Of a stretch of 64,000 nucleotides of DNA, positions 46,957 to 57,339 are shown piece after piece (the first letter of the stretch is position 1; each line of letters opens with the position of its first letter). The notes beneath the pieces are model-generated. The model saw nothing but the letters and a program-made list of their open reading frames with translations, did no database searches and was not told the DNA's origin. A program made the position numbers and the translations under genes. Origin of the DNA: Pelagomonas calceolata (taxonomy: Eukaryota); assembly GCA_918797485.1 (NCBI GenBank), contig CAKKNE010000007.1, positions 1 to 64,000 on the forward strand. Reading direction: 5' to 3'.

Positions 46957-47331
46957 ATGCCAACAATACAACAACTTATCCGGAATAAGCGACAATCGCT
47001 TAAAAAGAAAACAAAATCACCGGCTTTAAAAAATTGTCCTCAACGACGTGGTGTTTGTACTCGTGTTTATACGACAACTCCGAAAAAACCGAATTCTGCA
47101 ACTCGTAAAGTTGCACGTGTACGATTAACGTCAGGATTTGAAGTTACAGCTTACATCCCAGGTATAGGACATGAATTACAAGAACATGCATCAGTTCTTA
47201 TAAGAGGGGGTCGAGTTAAAGATCTGCCAGGTGTACGTTATCACATTATTCGTGGTGCACTTGATAGTGGAGCGGTAAAAAATCGAACTCAAGGCCGATC
47301 AAAATATGGAGTTAAAAAACCGAACGCTTAG
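46957..47331 (+). CDS. rps12: Ribosomal protein S12
   Basis: [25 protein letters not shown]. Confidence 0.99.
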   Translation: MPTIQQLIRNKRQSLKKKTKSPALKNCPQRRGVCTRVYTTTPKKPNSATRKVARVRLTSGFEVTAYIPGIGHELQEHASVLIRGGRVKDLPGVRYHIIRGALDSGAVKNRTQGRSKYGVKKPNA

Positions 47332-47369
47332 TTCTTAACAAGTGCGTAAATAAATAAAATAGTTTTAAT

Positions 47370-47840
47370 ATGTCCCGTAGAAAGATTATTAAAAAACGGT
47401 TTCCAAAACCTGATCCGGTTTATAACAATTACTTGGTCAGCATTTTAGTATCCCGTTTAATTAAAGATGGTAAAAAAACCTTAGCTCAAAATATCGTCTG
47501 TGATGCATTAGATATCATAGCGTATAAGACAGAATCGGATCCTATAGAAGTTTTTGAACAAGCGGTAAAAAATGTAACTCCTTTAGTTGAAGTGAAAGCT
47601 CGACGTTTTGGAGGTGCAACTTATCAAGTACCCATGGAAGTAACAAGTTTCCGAGGAACTAATTTAGCATTGCGCTGGATTGTGAAAGCTTCACGCAGTC
47701 GAACTGGAAAAACAATCGCATTAAAATTAGCTGCAGAATTAATGGACGCCTCAAAAAATTCTGGCGATGCAATGAGAAAAAAACAAGATACTCATAAAAT
47801 GGCCGAAGCTAATAAAGCTTTTGCACATTTCCGTTATTAA
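47370..47840 (+). CDS. rps7: Ribosomal protein S7
   Basis: [20 protein letters not shown]. Confidence 0.98.
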   Translation: MSRRKIIKKRFPKPDPVYNNYLVSILVSRLIKDGKKTLAQNIVCDALDIIAYKTESDPIEVFEQAVKNVTPLVEVKARRFGGATYQVPMEVTSFRGTNLALRWIVKASRSRTGKTIALKLAAELMDASKNSGDAMRKKQDTHKMAEANKAFAHFRY

Positions 47841-47891
47841 AGTAACTGCATATTACAAAAAATAAAAATATTAAAAACATCTTAAAAAGTT

Positions 47892-49121
47892 ATGGCACGC
47901 GAAACATTTGAACGTAATAAACCACATATTAATATCGGAACTATCGGTCACGTAGACCACGGTAAAACAACATTAACAGCTGCAATCACGATGACCCTAG
48001 CACTAGGCACGGGTGGTGCATCAAAAAATTATGAAGATATTGATGCAGCACCAGAGGAACGTGCACGTGGTATTACAATTAATACAGCACACGTGGAGTA
48101 TGAAACTGAAACGCGTCACTATGCGCACGTGGATTGTCCAGGTCACGCAGATTACGTAAAAAATATGATTACGGGTGCAGCACAGATGGACGGTGCTATT
48201 CTGGTTTGTTCAGCAGCGGATGGTCCAATGCCACAAACTCGTGAACACATTTTATTATCAAAACAAGTAGGTGTACCACATATCGTAGTTTTCTTAAATA
48301 AAGAAGACCAAGTTGATGATGAAGAATTATTAGAATTAGTTGAATTAGAAGTACGCGAATTATTATCAAGCTATGATTTCCCTGGTGATGATATTCCATG
48401 TGTAGCTGGTTCAGCCTTAATGGCAATTGAAGCGATAAACGAAAATGCTAATGTTGCACGTGGTGACAATAAATGGGTTGATAAGATTTATGGGTTAATG
48501 GACGCTGTTGACGAATATATTCCAACGCCTGTTCGTGACACAGATAAAACTTTCTTAATGGCAGTTGAGGATGCTTTTTCTATTACTGGACGCGGAACGG
48601 TATCAACTGGACGTATTGAACGTGGTACAGTAAAAGTTGGTGAAAGTGTCGAAATTGTTGGATTAGGTGAAACACGAGAAACAACAGTAACTGGTATTGA
48701 AATGTTCCAGAAAACGCTAGAGGAAGGTTTAGCGGGTGATAATGTTGGTTTATTATTACGTGGTATCCAAAAAGAGGATATTGAACGTGGTATGGTTTTA
48801 GCAGCACCGGCTACCATTACTCCGCATACTGTATTCGAAGCCGAAGTATACATTTTAACTAAAGAAGAAGGTGGACGTCATACGCCATTCTTTACAGGTT
48901 ACCGACCGCAATTTTATGTTCGAACTACAGATGTAACAGGAAACATCAAACAATTTACAGCAGATGATGGTACTGAAGTAGAAATGGTTATGCCAGGAGA
49001 CCGTATCAAAATGACTGCTGAATTAATTTCAGCAATTGCAATTGAAGATGGAATGCGTTTTGCCATTCGTGAAGGTGGACGTACAATTGGTGCTGGTGTT
49101 GTTTCAAAAATCGTAACTTAA
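47892..49121 (+). CDS. tufA: Elongation factor Tu
   Basis: [20 protein letters not shown]. Confidence 0.99.
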   Translation: MARETFERNKPHINIGTIGHVDHGKTTLTAAITMTLALGTGGASKNYEDIDAAPEERARGITINTAHVEYETETRHYAHVDCPGHADYVKNMITGAAQMDGAILVCSAADGPMPQTREHILLSKQVGVPHIVVFLNKEDQVDDEELLELVELEVRELLSSYDFPGDDIPCVAGSALMAIEAINENANVARGDNKWVDKIYGLMDAVDEYIPTPVRDTDKTFLMAVEDAFSITGRGTVSTGRIERGTVKVGESVEIVGLGETRETTVTGIEMFQKTLEEGLAGDNVGLLLRGIQKEDIERGMVLAAPATITPHTVFEAEVYILTKEEGGRHTPFFTGYRPQFYVRTTDVTGNIKQFTADDGTEVEMVMPGDRIKMTAELISAIAIEDGMRFAIREGGRTIGAGVVSKIVT

Positions 49122-49137
49122 AAAACAAACCAATAAA

Positions 49138-49461
49138 ATGGAATCATTGGATAAACACATAAAAACTCGAGTAAAATTAGAAGCATTTGATACTAAGTTA
49201 CTTACGGAAGCTTGTAAAAGTCTAATTGAAGGAATTTCAAGTATAAATGGGATAGCAAAAGGCCCTATTCCATTACCAACAAAAAAACGTATTTATTGCG
49301 TATTACGTTCTCCGCATGTAGATAAAAAATCTCGTGAACATTTTGAAATTCGTATTCATAAACGATTACTAGATATTTATACACCTCAAAATGTTGAAAA
49401 TATTGCAGATTCATTCTTAAAAATCGCAATACCTCCTGGTGTTTCAATCAAATTATCGTAA
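49138..49461 (+). CDS. rps10: Ribosomal protein S10
   Basis: GPIPLPT, RSPHVDKKSREHFE. Confidence 0.97.
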   Translation: MESLDKHIKTRVKLEAFDTKLLTEACKSLIEGISSINGIAKGPIPLPTKKRIYCVLRSPHVDKKSREHFEIRIHKRLLDIYTPQNVENIADSFLKIAIPPGVSIKLS

Positions 49462-49598
49462 TTAAAAAAATTGAATAATTAATAAAACCGTTTTAAGGGT
49501 ATAATTATATTTAACAATAATTAATTATTAAAGTTTATAAATCAATTATTTCGTTGTAAGAAAGTCAGCAAAAAAATAAAAATAAGAGAGGTTTTTAG

Positions 49599-51131
49599 AT
49601 GGCGTTACCTTGGTATCGAGTACATACAGTCGTTCTTAACGATCCTGGGCGTTTAATTGCAGTACATTTAATGCACACATCACTAGTTGCAGGATGGGCT
49701 GGATCAATGGCGTTATACGAATTAGCAATTTTTGATCCTTCTGATCCAGTACTAAATCCAATGTGGAGACAAGGCATGTACGTAATGCCTTTTATGACAC
49801 GTTTAGGTGTTACTGATTCATGGGGTGGTTGGAGTATCACTGGTGAAAGTGTTTCTACTCCAGGTTTATGGAGTTATGAAGGTGTTGCTTTAACACATAT
49901 TGTATTGTCAGGTTTATGTTTCCTTGCCGCTATTTGGCACTGGGTTTACTGGGATTTAGATTTATTCCGTGACCCTAGAACAGGTGAGCCTGCGATTGAT
50001 TTACCAAAAGTATTTGGTATTCATTTATTCTTATCTGGTTTATTATGTTTTGGTTTCGGTGCGTTCCACGTTACTGGAATCTTTGGCCCAGGAATTTGGG
50101 TTTCAGATGCATATGGTGTAACTGGAAAAGTTGCTGGTGTTGCACCAGCGTGGGGTCCTGAAGGATTTAACCCGTTCAATCCTGGAGGAGTTGCTTCGCA
50201 TCATATCGCGGCAGGTGCTTTTGGTATTTTAGCTGGTATTTTCCATTTAACTGTACGTCCACCGCAACGTTTATACCGTGCATTACGTATGGGTAATATT
50301 GAAACAGTTTTATCAAGTAGTATTTCAGCGGTATTCTTTGCTGCATTTATTACATCAGGAACAATGTGGTATGGTAGTGCAACAACACCGATTGAATTAT
50401 TTGGTCCAACACGTTACCAATGGGATAGTGGATATTTCCAACAAGAAATTGAACGCCAAGTTGAAACTTCATTAAGCGAAGGTTTATCAGAAAGCAACGC
50501 TTGGTCACGTATTCCAGATAAATTAGCATTCTACGATTACATTGGAAATAACCCTGCAAAAGGTGGTTTATTCCGTTCAGGACCAATGAATAAAGGTGAT
50601 GGTATCGCTGAAGCATGGTTAGGGCATCCAATCTTTAAAGATCGTGATGGTCGTGAACTAACAGTTCGTCGTATGCCAGCTTTCTTCGAAACATTCCCAG
50701 TTATCTTAGTTGATAAAGATGGTGTGATCCGAGCTGATATTCCATTCCGACGTGCAGAATCTAAGTATAGTATTGAGCAAGTAGGTGTTTCTGTTGATTT
50801 CTATGGCGGAAAACTAAATGGTCAATCGTTTAAGGATGCTCCAACGGTGAAGAAATTCGCTCGTAAAGCACAATTAGGTGAAGTATTCGAATTTGATCGT
50901 ACAAGTTTAGAATCGGATGGTGTATTCCGTAGTAGTCCACGTGGTTGGTATACTTTTGGTCACTTAAACTTTGCTTTATTATTCTTCTTTGGCCATTTAT
51001 GGCACGGAGCTCGAACATTATTCCGTGATGTATTTACGGGTATTGGTGCAGAAATTACGGAACAAATTGAATTTGGTGCATTCCAAAAACTTGGTGATGC
51101 TTCAACAGTCCGTAAGCAAGGTGCAGTTTAA
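49599..51131 (+). CDS. psbB: Photosystem II CP47
   Basis: [27 protein letters not shown]. Confidence 0.99.
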   Translation: MALPWYRVHTVVLNDPGRLIAVHLMHTSLVAGWAGSMALYELAIFDPSDPVLNPMWRQGMYVMPFMTRLGVTDSWGGWSITGESVSTPGLWSYEGVALTHIVLSGLCFLAAIWHWVYWDLDLFRDPRTGEPAIDLPKVFGIHLFLSGLLCFGFGAFHVTGIFGPGIWVSDAYGVTGKVAGVAPAWGPEGFNPFNPGGVASHHIAAGAFGILAGIFHLTVRPPQRLYRALRMGNIETVLSSSISAVFFAAFITSGTMWYGSATTPIELFGPTRYQWDSGYFQQEIERQVETSLSEGLSESNAWSRIPDKLAFYDYIGNNPAKGGLFRSGPMNKGDGIAEAWLGHPIFKDRDGRELTVRRMPAFFETFPVILVDKDGVIRADIPFRRAESKYSIEQVGVSVDFYGGKLNGQSFKDAPTVKKFARKAQLGEVFEFDRTSLESDGVFRSSPRGWYTFGHLNFALLFFFGHLWHGARTLFRDVFTGIGAEITEQIEFGAFQKLGDASTVRKQGAV

Positions 51132-51179
51132 TTTTAAACGTATATATATCTTTGAATAATTAAAAATAAAAAAAGAATT

Positions 51180-51278
51180 ATGGAAGCACTTGTTTATACA
51201 TTTTTATTAATCGGAACTTTACTTGTAATCTTCTTTGCAATTTTCTTCCGTGAAACTCCAAAAATTATTAAAAAGTAA
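51180..51278 (+). CDS. psbT: Photosystem II protein T
   Basis: Manual translation [32 protein letters not shown]. Confidence 0.97.
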   Translation: MEALVYTFLLIGTLLVIFFAIFFRETPKIIKK

Positions 51279-51291
51279 ATTAACCCTTAAA

Positions 51292-51325
51292 AAAGCAGCA
51301 CTTTTTTTAAAAAAAGTGCTGCTTT
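51292..51325. terminator. Perfect 34-bp palindrome between convergent psbT and psbN
   Basis: AAAGCAGCACTTTTTTT|AAAAAAAGTGCTGCTTT. Confidence 0.8.
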
Positions 51326-51354
51326 AAAAAAATATATATTTCAATTTTTTTAAA

Positions 51355-51486
51355 TTAATCCTCATGTTCTTCAAATGGATCGCGCAAATTTTTTGATGCT
51401 GAGCCAAAGGAAGTATAAACAGAGTAACCTGTTATGCCGACTAGTAAACTAGCCATAAAAATAATTAAAATTGCAGCAGTTTCCAT
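51355..51486 (-). CDS. psbN: PsbN
   Basis: Manual translation [10 protein letters not shown]...[10 protein letters not shown]. Confidence 0.97.
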   Translation of the reverse strand: METAAILIIFMASLLVGITGYSVYTSFGSASKNLRDPFEEHED

Positions 51487-51591
51487 ACTTAAAATAAAAA
51501 TAGTAATTTGTTTAGAATTTACGTCTTATGTTGTGTATAATAATATTTACCAAACAATTATAGAATATATTTTACACTAATTAAAATAATT

Positions 51592-51795
51592 ATGGCTTTA
51601 AGAACTAGATTAGGAGAGCTTTTACGCCCCTTAAATGCTGAATACGGTCGTGTTGCACCGGGTTGGGGTACAACTCCGTTAATGGGGGTTGTTATGGCTC
51701 TATTCTTAGTGTTCCTATTAATCATTTTACAAATTTATAATTCATCATTAATTATCGAAAATGTGGATGTTGACTGGACAAACTTCGGCAGCTAA
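51592..51795 (+). CDS. psbH: Photosystem II protein H
   Basis: [19 protein letters not shown]. Confidence 0.98.
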   Translation: MALRTRLGELLRPLNAEYGRVAPGWGTTPLMGVVMALFLVFLLIILQIYNSSLIIENVDVDWTNFGS

Positions 51796-51843
51796 CACAC
51801 ACGATTTTTAAAGAACTGAATTCGAGGATTTTAGCAAAATATA

Positions 51844-52263
51844 ATGGAAGCTTATTCAACATTACTTTTGACATCAGGTCCAGCGATTCAACATATATTA
51901 GAAAATGGTAACGTAGTCGATTTACCAGGAGACGTAACATTTATTTGTGAAGTCTCAAACCCAGCGATGGCAAATTCGCTGGGGACCGTAAAATTTGCCT
52001 TGATAGATTTAATTCGAATTTTTGGATTTTTTTACGTATTGCGTTTCACAATTCAATTCTTCGGTCATATTAATCCATATGATGGGGGGCTATTCGAAAC
52101 AATCTATACTTTTACGGAACCTTACACGCGACTATTCTTAGGATTTTTACCATCTTTGTATAATATGGATATGGGACTTATTCTTGGATTCATCATTTTG
52201 GATCGCATAGAAACACTAATATCCAAGATCGCCATATTAGATTTAGCTGGTACAATTTATTAA
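51844..52263 (+). CDS. ycf19: YGGT-family membrane protein, probable Ycf19
   Basis: INPY......I..FTEPY..LF..FLP....MD pattern of the YGGT family; start uncertain. Confidence 0.75.
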   Translation: MEAYSTLLLTSGPAIQHILENGNVVDLPGDVTFICEVSNPAMANSLGTVKFALIDLIRIFGFFYVLRFTIQFFGHINPYDGGLFETIYTFTEPYTRLFLGFLPSLYNMDMGLILGFIILDRIETLISKIAILDLAGTIY

Positions 52264-52283
52264 AATAATAATTAATATTTCGA

Positions 52284-52400
52284 ATGACTCCGTCTTTATC
52301 AAGTTTTATTTTTAGTCTTTTTGCTGGTGCCTTCGTTTTAACCGCTATTTTCGGTGCTCTTGCTTTTGTAAGCAACCAGGATCGTGTGGCCCGCGATTAG
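52284..52400 (+). CDS. psbX: Photosystem II protein X
   Basis: Manual translation MTPSLSSFIFSLFAGAFVLTAIFGALAFVSNQDRVARD. Confidence 0.95.
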   Translation: MTPSLSSFIFSLFAGAFVLTAIFGALAFVSNQDRVARD

Positions 52401-52484
52401 GCGCAGTTGAGTTAAAAATTATAAATTAATTTAACTATTTATTTCTATTGGGTTCAATTTTATAAAAAAAATAAAAAAAAAATT

Positions 52485-52973
52485 ATGTTACGTAAATTTT
52501 TAAAATCCGTAATCTTTAGCATTTCATGCCTAGCTTGTTTAAACGCTACAGCTGCTTTTGCTATTGATCTTGATGACGCAACACGAACAGTAGCCTTAGA
52601 TGGATCAAAAACAGTAATCTTAACACAAGAACAAGTAAAACGAGGCAAGCGTCTATTTAACTCATCATGTGGAACTTGTCACACTGGTGGTATTACAAAG
52701 ACAAACCCGAATGTAGGTTTAGATACTGACGCATTAGCTTTTGCAACACCACCTCGTGATACTATCGTAAGTTTAGTAGATTACATGAATAATCCGACAA
52801 CTTATGATGGAATTGAATCAATTGCTGAAATTCACCCAAGTATTTTAAGTGCGGATATCTTCCCGAAAATGCGAGCATTAACAGATGATGATATGTTTGC
52901 TATTGCTGGCCACATTTTGTTACAACCACGTATTGTAAGTGAGAAATGGGGTGGAGGTAAAATTTACTATTAA
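52485..52973 (+). CDS. psbV: Cytochrome c550
   Basis: Signal peptide, CGTCH heme motif, KWGGGKIYY end. Confidence 0.98.
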   Translation: MLRKFLKSVIFSISCLACLNATAAFAIDLDDATRTVALDGSKTVILTQEQVKRGKRLFNSSCGTCHTGGITKTNPNVGLDTDALAFATPPRDTIVSLVDYMNNPTTYDGIESIAEIHPSILSADIFPKMRALTDDDMFAIAGHILLQPRIVSEKWGGGKIYY

Positions 52974-52980
52974 AAATAAA

Positions 52981-53013
52981 AATAAGGTAATAATAACATA
53001 TTATTACCTTATT
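52981..53013 (+). terminator. Stem-loop after psbV
   Basis: AATAAGGTAATAATA-ACA-TATTATTACCTTATT. Confidence 0.75.
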
Positions 53014-53140
53014 CAAAAAAATAAATTTTTATAACTTTTTAAATCAAAAAACAAGAACTTACATTTAATTTTCAAGTATAATATTATCGCGTTAACTTAC
53101 AAATTAACAAAAATTAAAAAGATAACCTATAAAATCAGAA

Positions 53141-53335
53141 ATGAATAATTTTTGGGAAAATATTGCACGTTATCCAAGGTTTTTTATAAGTGCAATGCTT
53201 GGTTTACTTTTAATTTTAATATCCCCATTTCAAAAATTGTTACGAACTACGGTAGGTAAAATTATTTTCGGGGTTTCAATTATTGGAATTGGATGCTTTA
53301 TCAGTCTCACGTTAAAAAATATGCTTGATATTTAA
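53141..53335 (+). CDS. ycf33: Ycf33
   Basis: FWENI.RYPRFFIS...GL...TLKNM signature. Confidence 0.92.
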   Translation: MNNFWENIARYPRFFISAMLGLLLILISPFQKLLRTTVGKIIFGVSIIGIGCFISLTLKNMLDI

Positions 53336-53363
53336 AAATTAAAATAAAACTTAAAATTTACTC

Positions 53364-55094
53364 ATGAAAACACGAGGATCATTTGCACTACTTGATAGTT
53401 TAGTACGTAACGGGACTAGACATATCTTTGGTTACCCTGGCGGGGCAATTTTACCAATTTATGACGAAGTTTATAAATGGGAAGAAAAGAATTTAATAAA
53501 ACATATTTTAGTTCGACATGAACAAGGTGCTGTTCATGCTGCAGACGGTTATGCACGCGCAACTAGTAAAGTTGGAGTATGCTTTGCGACATCAGGGCCT
53601 GGTGCGACGAATTTAGTAACAGGAATCGCGACCGCTCAAATGGATTCAGTACCTTTAGTTATGATTACAGGACAAGTGGGTCGCCCCTTTATTGGAACGG
53701 ATGCTTTCCAAGAAACTGATATTTTTGGGATTACACTTCCAATAGTTAAACATTCCTATGTAATTCGTGATGTAAAAAAGATTGCCCATATTGTTAGTGA
53801 GGCATTTTTTATTGCCCGTAATGGACGCCCAGGCCCGGTTCTAATTGATGTTCCAAAAGATGTGGGGCTTGAAGAATTTACGGACTATCGACCAATAAAT
53901 CAAAATAATATTATTCGATCAAAAGGATTTAGATTCATCTATCGAAGTACCATTAAAAGATTAGACCAAGTAACACACTTAATTGAGCAAGCGTCACAAC
54001 CATTATTTTATGTTGGTGGTGGAGTAGTAACCGCAAATGCCAATAACGAATTACATAAATTAGCAGAGCATTACCAAATCCCCGTAACTACTACATTAAT
54101 GGGAAAAGGTGCATTTAATGAAAATGATAATTTAGCGCTTGGAATGTTAGGAATGCATGGAACAGCTTACGCTAATTTCTCCGTAAGTGAATGCGATTTA
54201 TTAATTGCTGTTGGTGCACGTTTCGACGATCGAGTAACAGGAAAACTAGATGAATTTGCCGTAAATGCGCAAATTATTCACATTGATATAGACCCTGCTG
54301 AAGTAGGCAAAAATAAAACGCCACACTTATCCCTTATCGGAGACGTTAAAAAAATTCTTGGTGAATTAATAAAAATAGCCAAAAAACAAAATATTTCGAC
54401 TTCTGATCAAACTTTTGCTTGGCGTGAAAGAATTAAAAAATGGCAAACGGTTTATCCATTAGTTATTCCACAAGGCGAAACAAAAGTTTCACCACAAGAA
54501 ATTTTAAATAACTTAACCGAATTAGCACCAAATGCATTCTTCACAACTGATGTTGGACAACATCAAATGTGGTCTGCACAATTTTTAAAATGCGGAGTTC
54601 GCAAATGGTCATCGAGTGCTGGCTTAGGAACAATGGGTTATGGTATTCCAGCTGCGATTGGGAATCAAGTTGCTTTTCCAAAAAACACTGTAATTTGTAT
54701 AACTGGCGATGCGAGTATTCAAATGAATATTCAAGAATTAGGGACAATTGCGCAATACCAGTTACCTGTCAAAATTATTCTTTTAAATAATAACTGGCAA
54801 GGTATGGTTAGGCAATGGCAACAATCATTTTATGGTGAACGTTATTCACACTCAAGTATGAATGAAGGAATGCCAAATTTTGTACAATTAGCAAATGCAT
54901 ATGGTATAAATGCTAAACAAATAAGTTCCCCAAATAATTTGAAAGAGCAATTGCAAGAAGTATTAGATACACCAGGCCCATGTTTAGTTGATTGCCAAAT
55001 TATCAAAGATGAAAATTGCTACCCTATGGTAGCACCAGGCAAGAGTAATTCACAAATGATAGGAATCTCAAAACAGAGTGCACCTGTTACATAA
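53364..55094 (+). CDS. ilvB: Acetolactate synthase large subunit
   Basis: [31 protein letters not shown]. Confidence 0.98.
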   Translation: MKTRGSFALLDSLVRNGTRHIFGYPGGAILPIYDEVYKWEEKNLIKHILVRHEQGAVHAADGYARATSKVGVCFATSGPGATNLVTGIATAQMDSVPLVMITGQVGRPFIGTDAFQETDIFGITLPIVKHSYVIRDVKKIAHIVSEAFFIARNGRPGPVLIDVPKDVGLEEFTDYRPINQNNIIRSKGFRFIYRSTIKRLDQVTHLIEQASQPLFYVGGGVVTANANNELHKLAEHYQIPVTTTLMGKGAFNENDNLALGMLGMHGTAYANFSVSECDLLIAVGARFDDRVTGKLDEFAVNAQIIHIDIDPAEVGKNKTPHLSLIGDVKKILGELIKIAKKQNISTSDQTFAWRERIKKWQTVYPLVIPQGETKVSPQEILNNLTELAPNAFFTTDVGQHQMWSAQFLKCGVRKWSSSAGLGTMGYGIPAAIGNQVAFPKNTVICITGDASIQMNIQELGTIAQYQLPVKIILLNNNWQGMVRQWQQSFYGERYSHSSMNEGMPNFVQLANAYGINAKQISSPNNLKEQLQEVLDTPGPCLVDCQIIKDENCYPMVAPGKSNSQMIGISKQSAPVT

Positions 55095-55100
55095 ATAAAA

Positions 55101-55182
55101 TGGGCCGAGTTGGATTTGAACCAACGTAGGCAATGCCAGCGGATTTACAATCCGCCCCCTTTAACCCCTCGGGCACCGACCC
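55101..55182 (-). tRNA. trnY: tRNA-Tyr(GUA)
   Basis: Cloverleaf with variable arm, anticodon GTA. Confidence 0.96.
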
Positions 55183-55252
55183 TAAAATGTTAATTAAAAT
55201 AACATACCATATCCTACTGAAAAATAATAAAATTGTCAATTATATAACGAAA

Positions 55253-55282
55253 CATATGGTAAGCGATAACGCTTACCATATG
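55253..55282 (-). terminator. Stem-loop after psbJ
   Basis: CATATGGTAAGCG-ATAA-CGCTTACCATATG. Confidence 0.8.
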
Positions 55283-55294
55283 ATGCTCTTTATA

Positions 55295-55414
55295 TTATAA
55301 AGATGAACCTAAACCAGAATATGCTCCATAAAAGAATAGAGCTAACACGGCTAACGCAGCAGTCCCACCCACTAACGCAATTAGCCACAAAGGAATTCTT
55401 CCTGTATTTGCCAT
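55295..55414 (-). CDS. psbJ: Photosystem II protein J
   Basis: Manual translation [11 protein letters not shown]...[13 protein letters not shown]. Confidence 0.97.
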   Translation of the reverse strand: MANTGRIPLWLIALVGGTAALAVLALFFYGAYSGLGSSL

Positions 55415-55435
55415 TAAATTTACTCCTTTAAAAAA

Positions 55436-55564
<129 letters not shown>

Positions 55565-55696
55565 CTATCTTTGAATAAATTGCATTGATGTGATTGCACC
55601 TAAGAAAAATACTGTAGGTACTGCTAATCCATGAACTGCTAACCAACGGAAAGTAAAAATCGGATAAGCTACAGGTTGGTTTAAAACTTTTATCAT
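55565..55696 (-). CDS. psbF: Cytochrome b559 beta
   Basis: [33 protein letters not shown]. Confidence 0.98.
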   Translation of the reverse strand: MIKVLNQPVAYPIFTFRWLAVHGLAVPTVFFLGAITSMQFIQR

Positions 55697-55722
55697 ATTA
55701 AAATCCTTGCGTAAAATAAATA

Positions 55723-55977
55723 CTATAAACCTTTTGTTAAATCTTCTAATTCTTGTTTCGCACTAAAACGATCATTAACTAATGGAATTTGTTGACGATC
55801 TTGTGAGAAGTATTCATTTGGTCGAGGTGTACCAAAAACATCATAAGCAAGACCTGTTGCAATGAATAACCACCCTGAAATGAATAACGAAGGAATTGTA
55901 ATGCTATGGATAATCCAATAACGAACACTTGTGATAATATCAGAAAACGGGCGTTCACCAGTCGAACCACCTGACAT
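55723..55977 (-). CDS. psbE: Cytochrome b559 alpha
   Basis: [24 protein letters not shown]. Confidence 0.99.
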   Translation of the reverse strand: MSGGSTGERPFSDIITSVRYWIIHSITIPSLFISGWLFIATGLAYDVFGTPRPNEYFSQDRQQIPLVNDRFSAKQELEDLTKGL

Positions 55978-56120
55978 AGAAAGTCTCCTAAAATTTTATT
56001 AATTATTACCTATTTTTAATTAGAAATATTAAAGCGTAAGCCTTAATAACAAATAAATCTAATATAGTATAAACATTATACATTCAGAAAGTCTGAAATA
56101 CAAAATAGAATTTGCAATAA

Positions 56121-57113
56121 TTATGGATAATTTATTTCTAAATGTGTCATTAAGTCTAATCGAGCCTGACCATTAGTATTTTCACCATTCAATATTAAAT
56201 CAACAGCTTCTTCGACTTTGTCATAAATAATCCACGAATCGGAACTACTAATTTCAATAATTACATCAAAAGTAGCCGCAAATTGTCTTTCTAAGACGCT
56301 TTTTTTTGTATTTCGTAATTTTGCAGATTGGTCACTAAGAGTGACTGACTGAATACCCCCAATTAAATTTACAAGTATAGGATTTTTTACTAAATTAACT
56401 AAACTATTTCCATGTGCGGTTGCGATTAACTGCACACCTCGTTCCGCAATAGTGCGGGCCGAAAGAGTTTCCGTTTCTGTACTTATTTCATCAATAATGA
56501 TGACTTCTGGCATATGATTTTCAACAGCTTCAATTAAAACTTGATGTTGTAAATCAAATTTTTTAACTTGTAGTCTTCGTGCTCGGCCAACCGCCACATG
56601 AGGAACATCATTATCGCCTGCTATTTCATTTGATGTATCTACGATAACTACCCGTTTTTCTAATTCATTAGAAAAAATTCTTGCAATCTCGCGAATAATT
56701 GTAGTTTTACCACTTCCAGGTTTACCTAAAATTAAAATTGATTTATCGTGTAGTAGGATATCCCGAATTTTATTAGTGGAACCGATAATTGACCGCCCTA
56801 CGCGACACGTTAATCCTATTATTTGATCTTCTCTATTTTTTAAACAACTAATACGATGTAATGTTTTATTTATCCCAGCACGATTTTTATCATTGAAAGC
56901 TGTAATTCTTTTTAAGACATAATGCATATCTTGCCTACAAATAATTCTTGGTGCTAGAATTACTACACCTGACGTAAATCGGGCTTCTGGGTATTTTCCA
57001 ATATCAAAAACAATTTCCATTAATTTTGAATTTGTACTATAGGACTTTAATGGTATTTGAACAAAATCTGGGAATATACTTATTAATGAAATTAAATCTT
57101 CGCAGACAATCAT
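56121..57113 (-). CDS. ycf45: Ycf45 AAA ATPase (SpoIIIAA-like)
   Basis: RAGI..TLHRIS, GKPGSGKT, VDTSNEIAGD, EAVENHMPE, ATAHG; ATG at 57113. Confidence 0.93.
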   Translation of the reverse strand: MIVCEDLISLISIFPDFVQIPLKSYSTNSKLMEIVFDIGKYPEARFTSGVVILAPRIICRQDMHYVLKRITAFNDKNRAGINKTLHRISCLKNREDQIIGLTCRVGRSIIGSTNKIRDILLHDKSILILGKPGSGKTTIIREIARIFSNELEKRVVIVDTSNEIAGDNDVPHVAVGRARRLQVKKFDLQHQVLIEAVENHMPEVIIIDEISTETETLSARTIAERGVQLIATAHGNSLVNLVKNPILVNLIGGIQSVTLSDQSAKLRNTKKSVLERQFAATFDVIIEISSSDSWIIYDKVEEAVDLILNGENTNGQARLDLMTHLEINYP

Positions 57114-57339
57114 AAGCAAATTACTTTTTTATTTATCCAAATTATATCTAGAGTTTTTGTTGTTAGCAGAAAAACCATTAATTTATTTAAAATAAAAAAA
57201 TTATTTTTTTTAATCCACTTTTGAATATTATTGTTTATAATATATTATGAAAACTCCCATTGGAATAAGTTATATTTCTATATAAGCTTGTTTAAAAAAT
57301 GTGAGTGTTTCTAATTTTTGTTCTTTGTAAAACACACAT

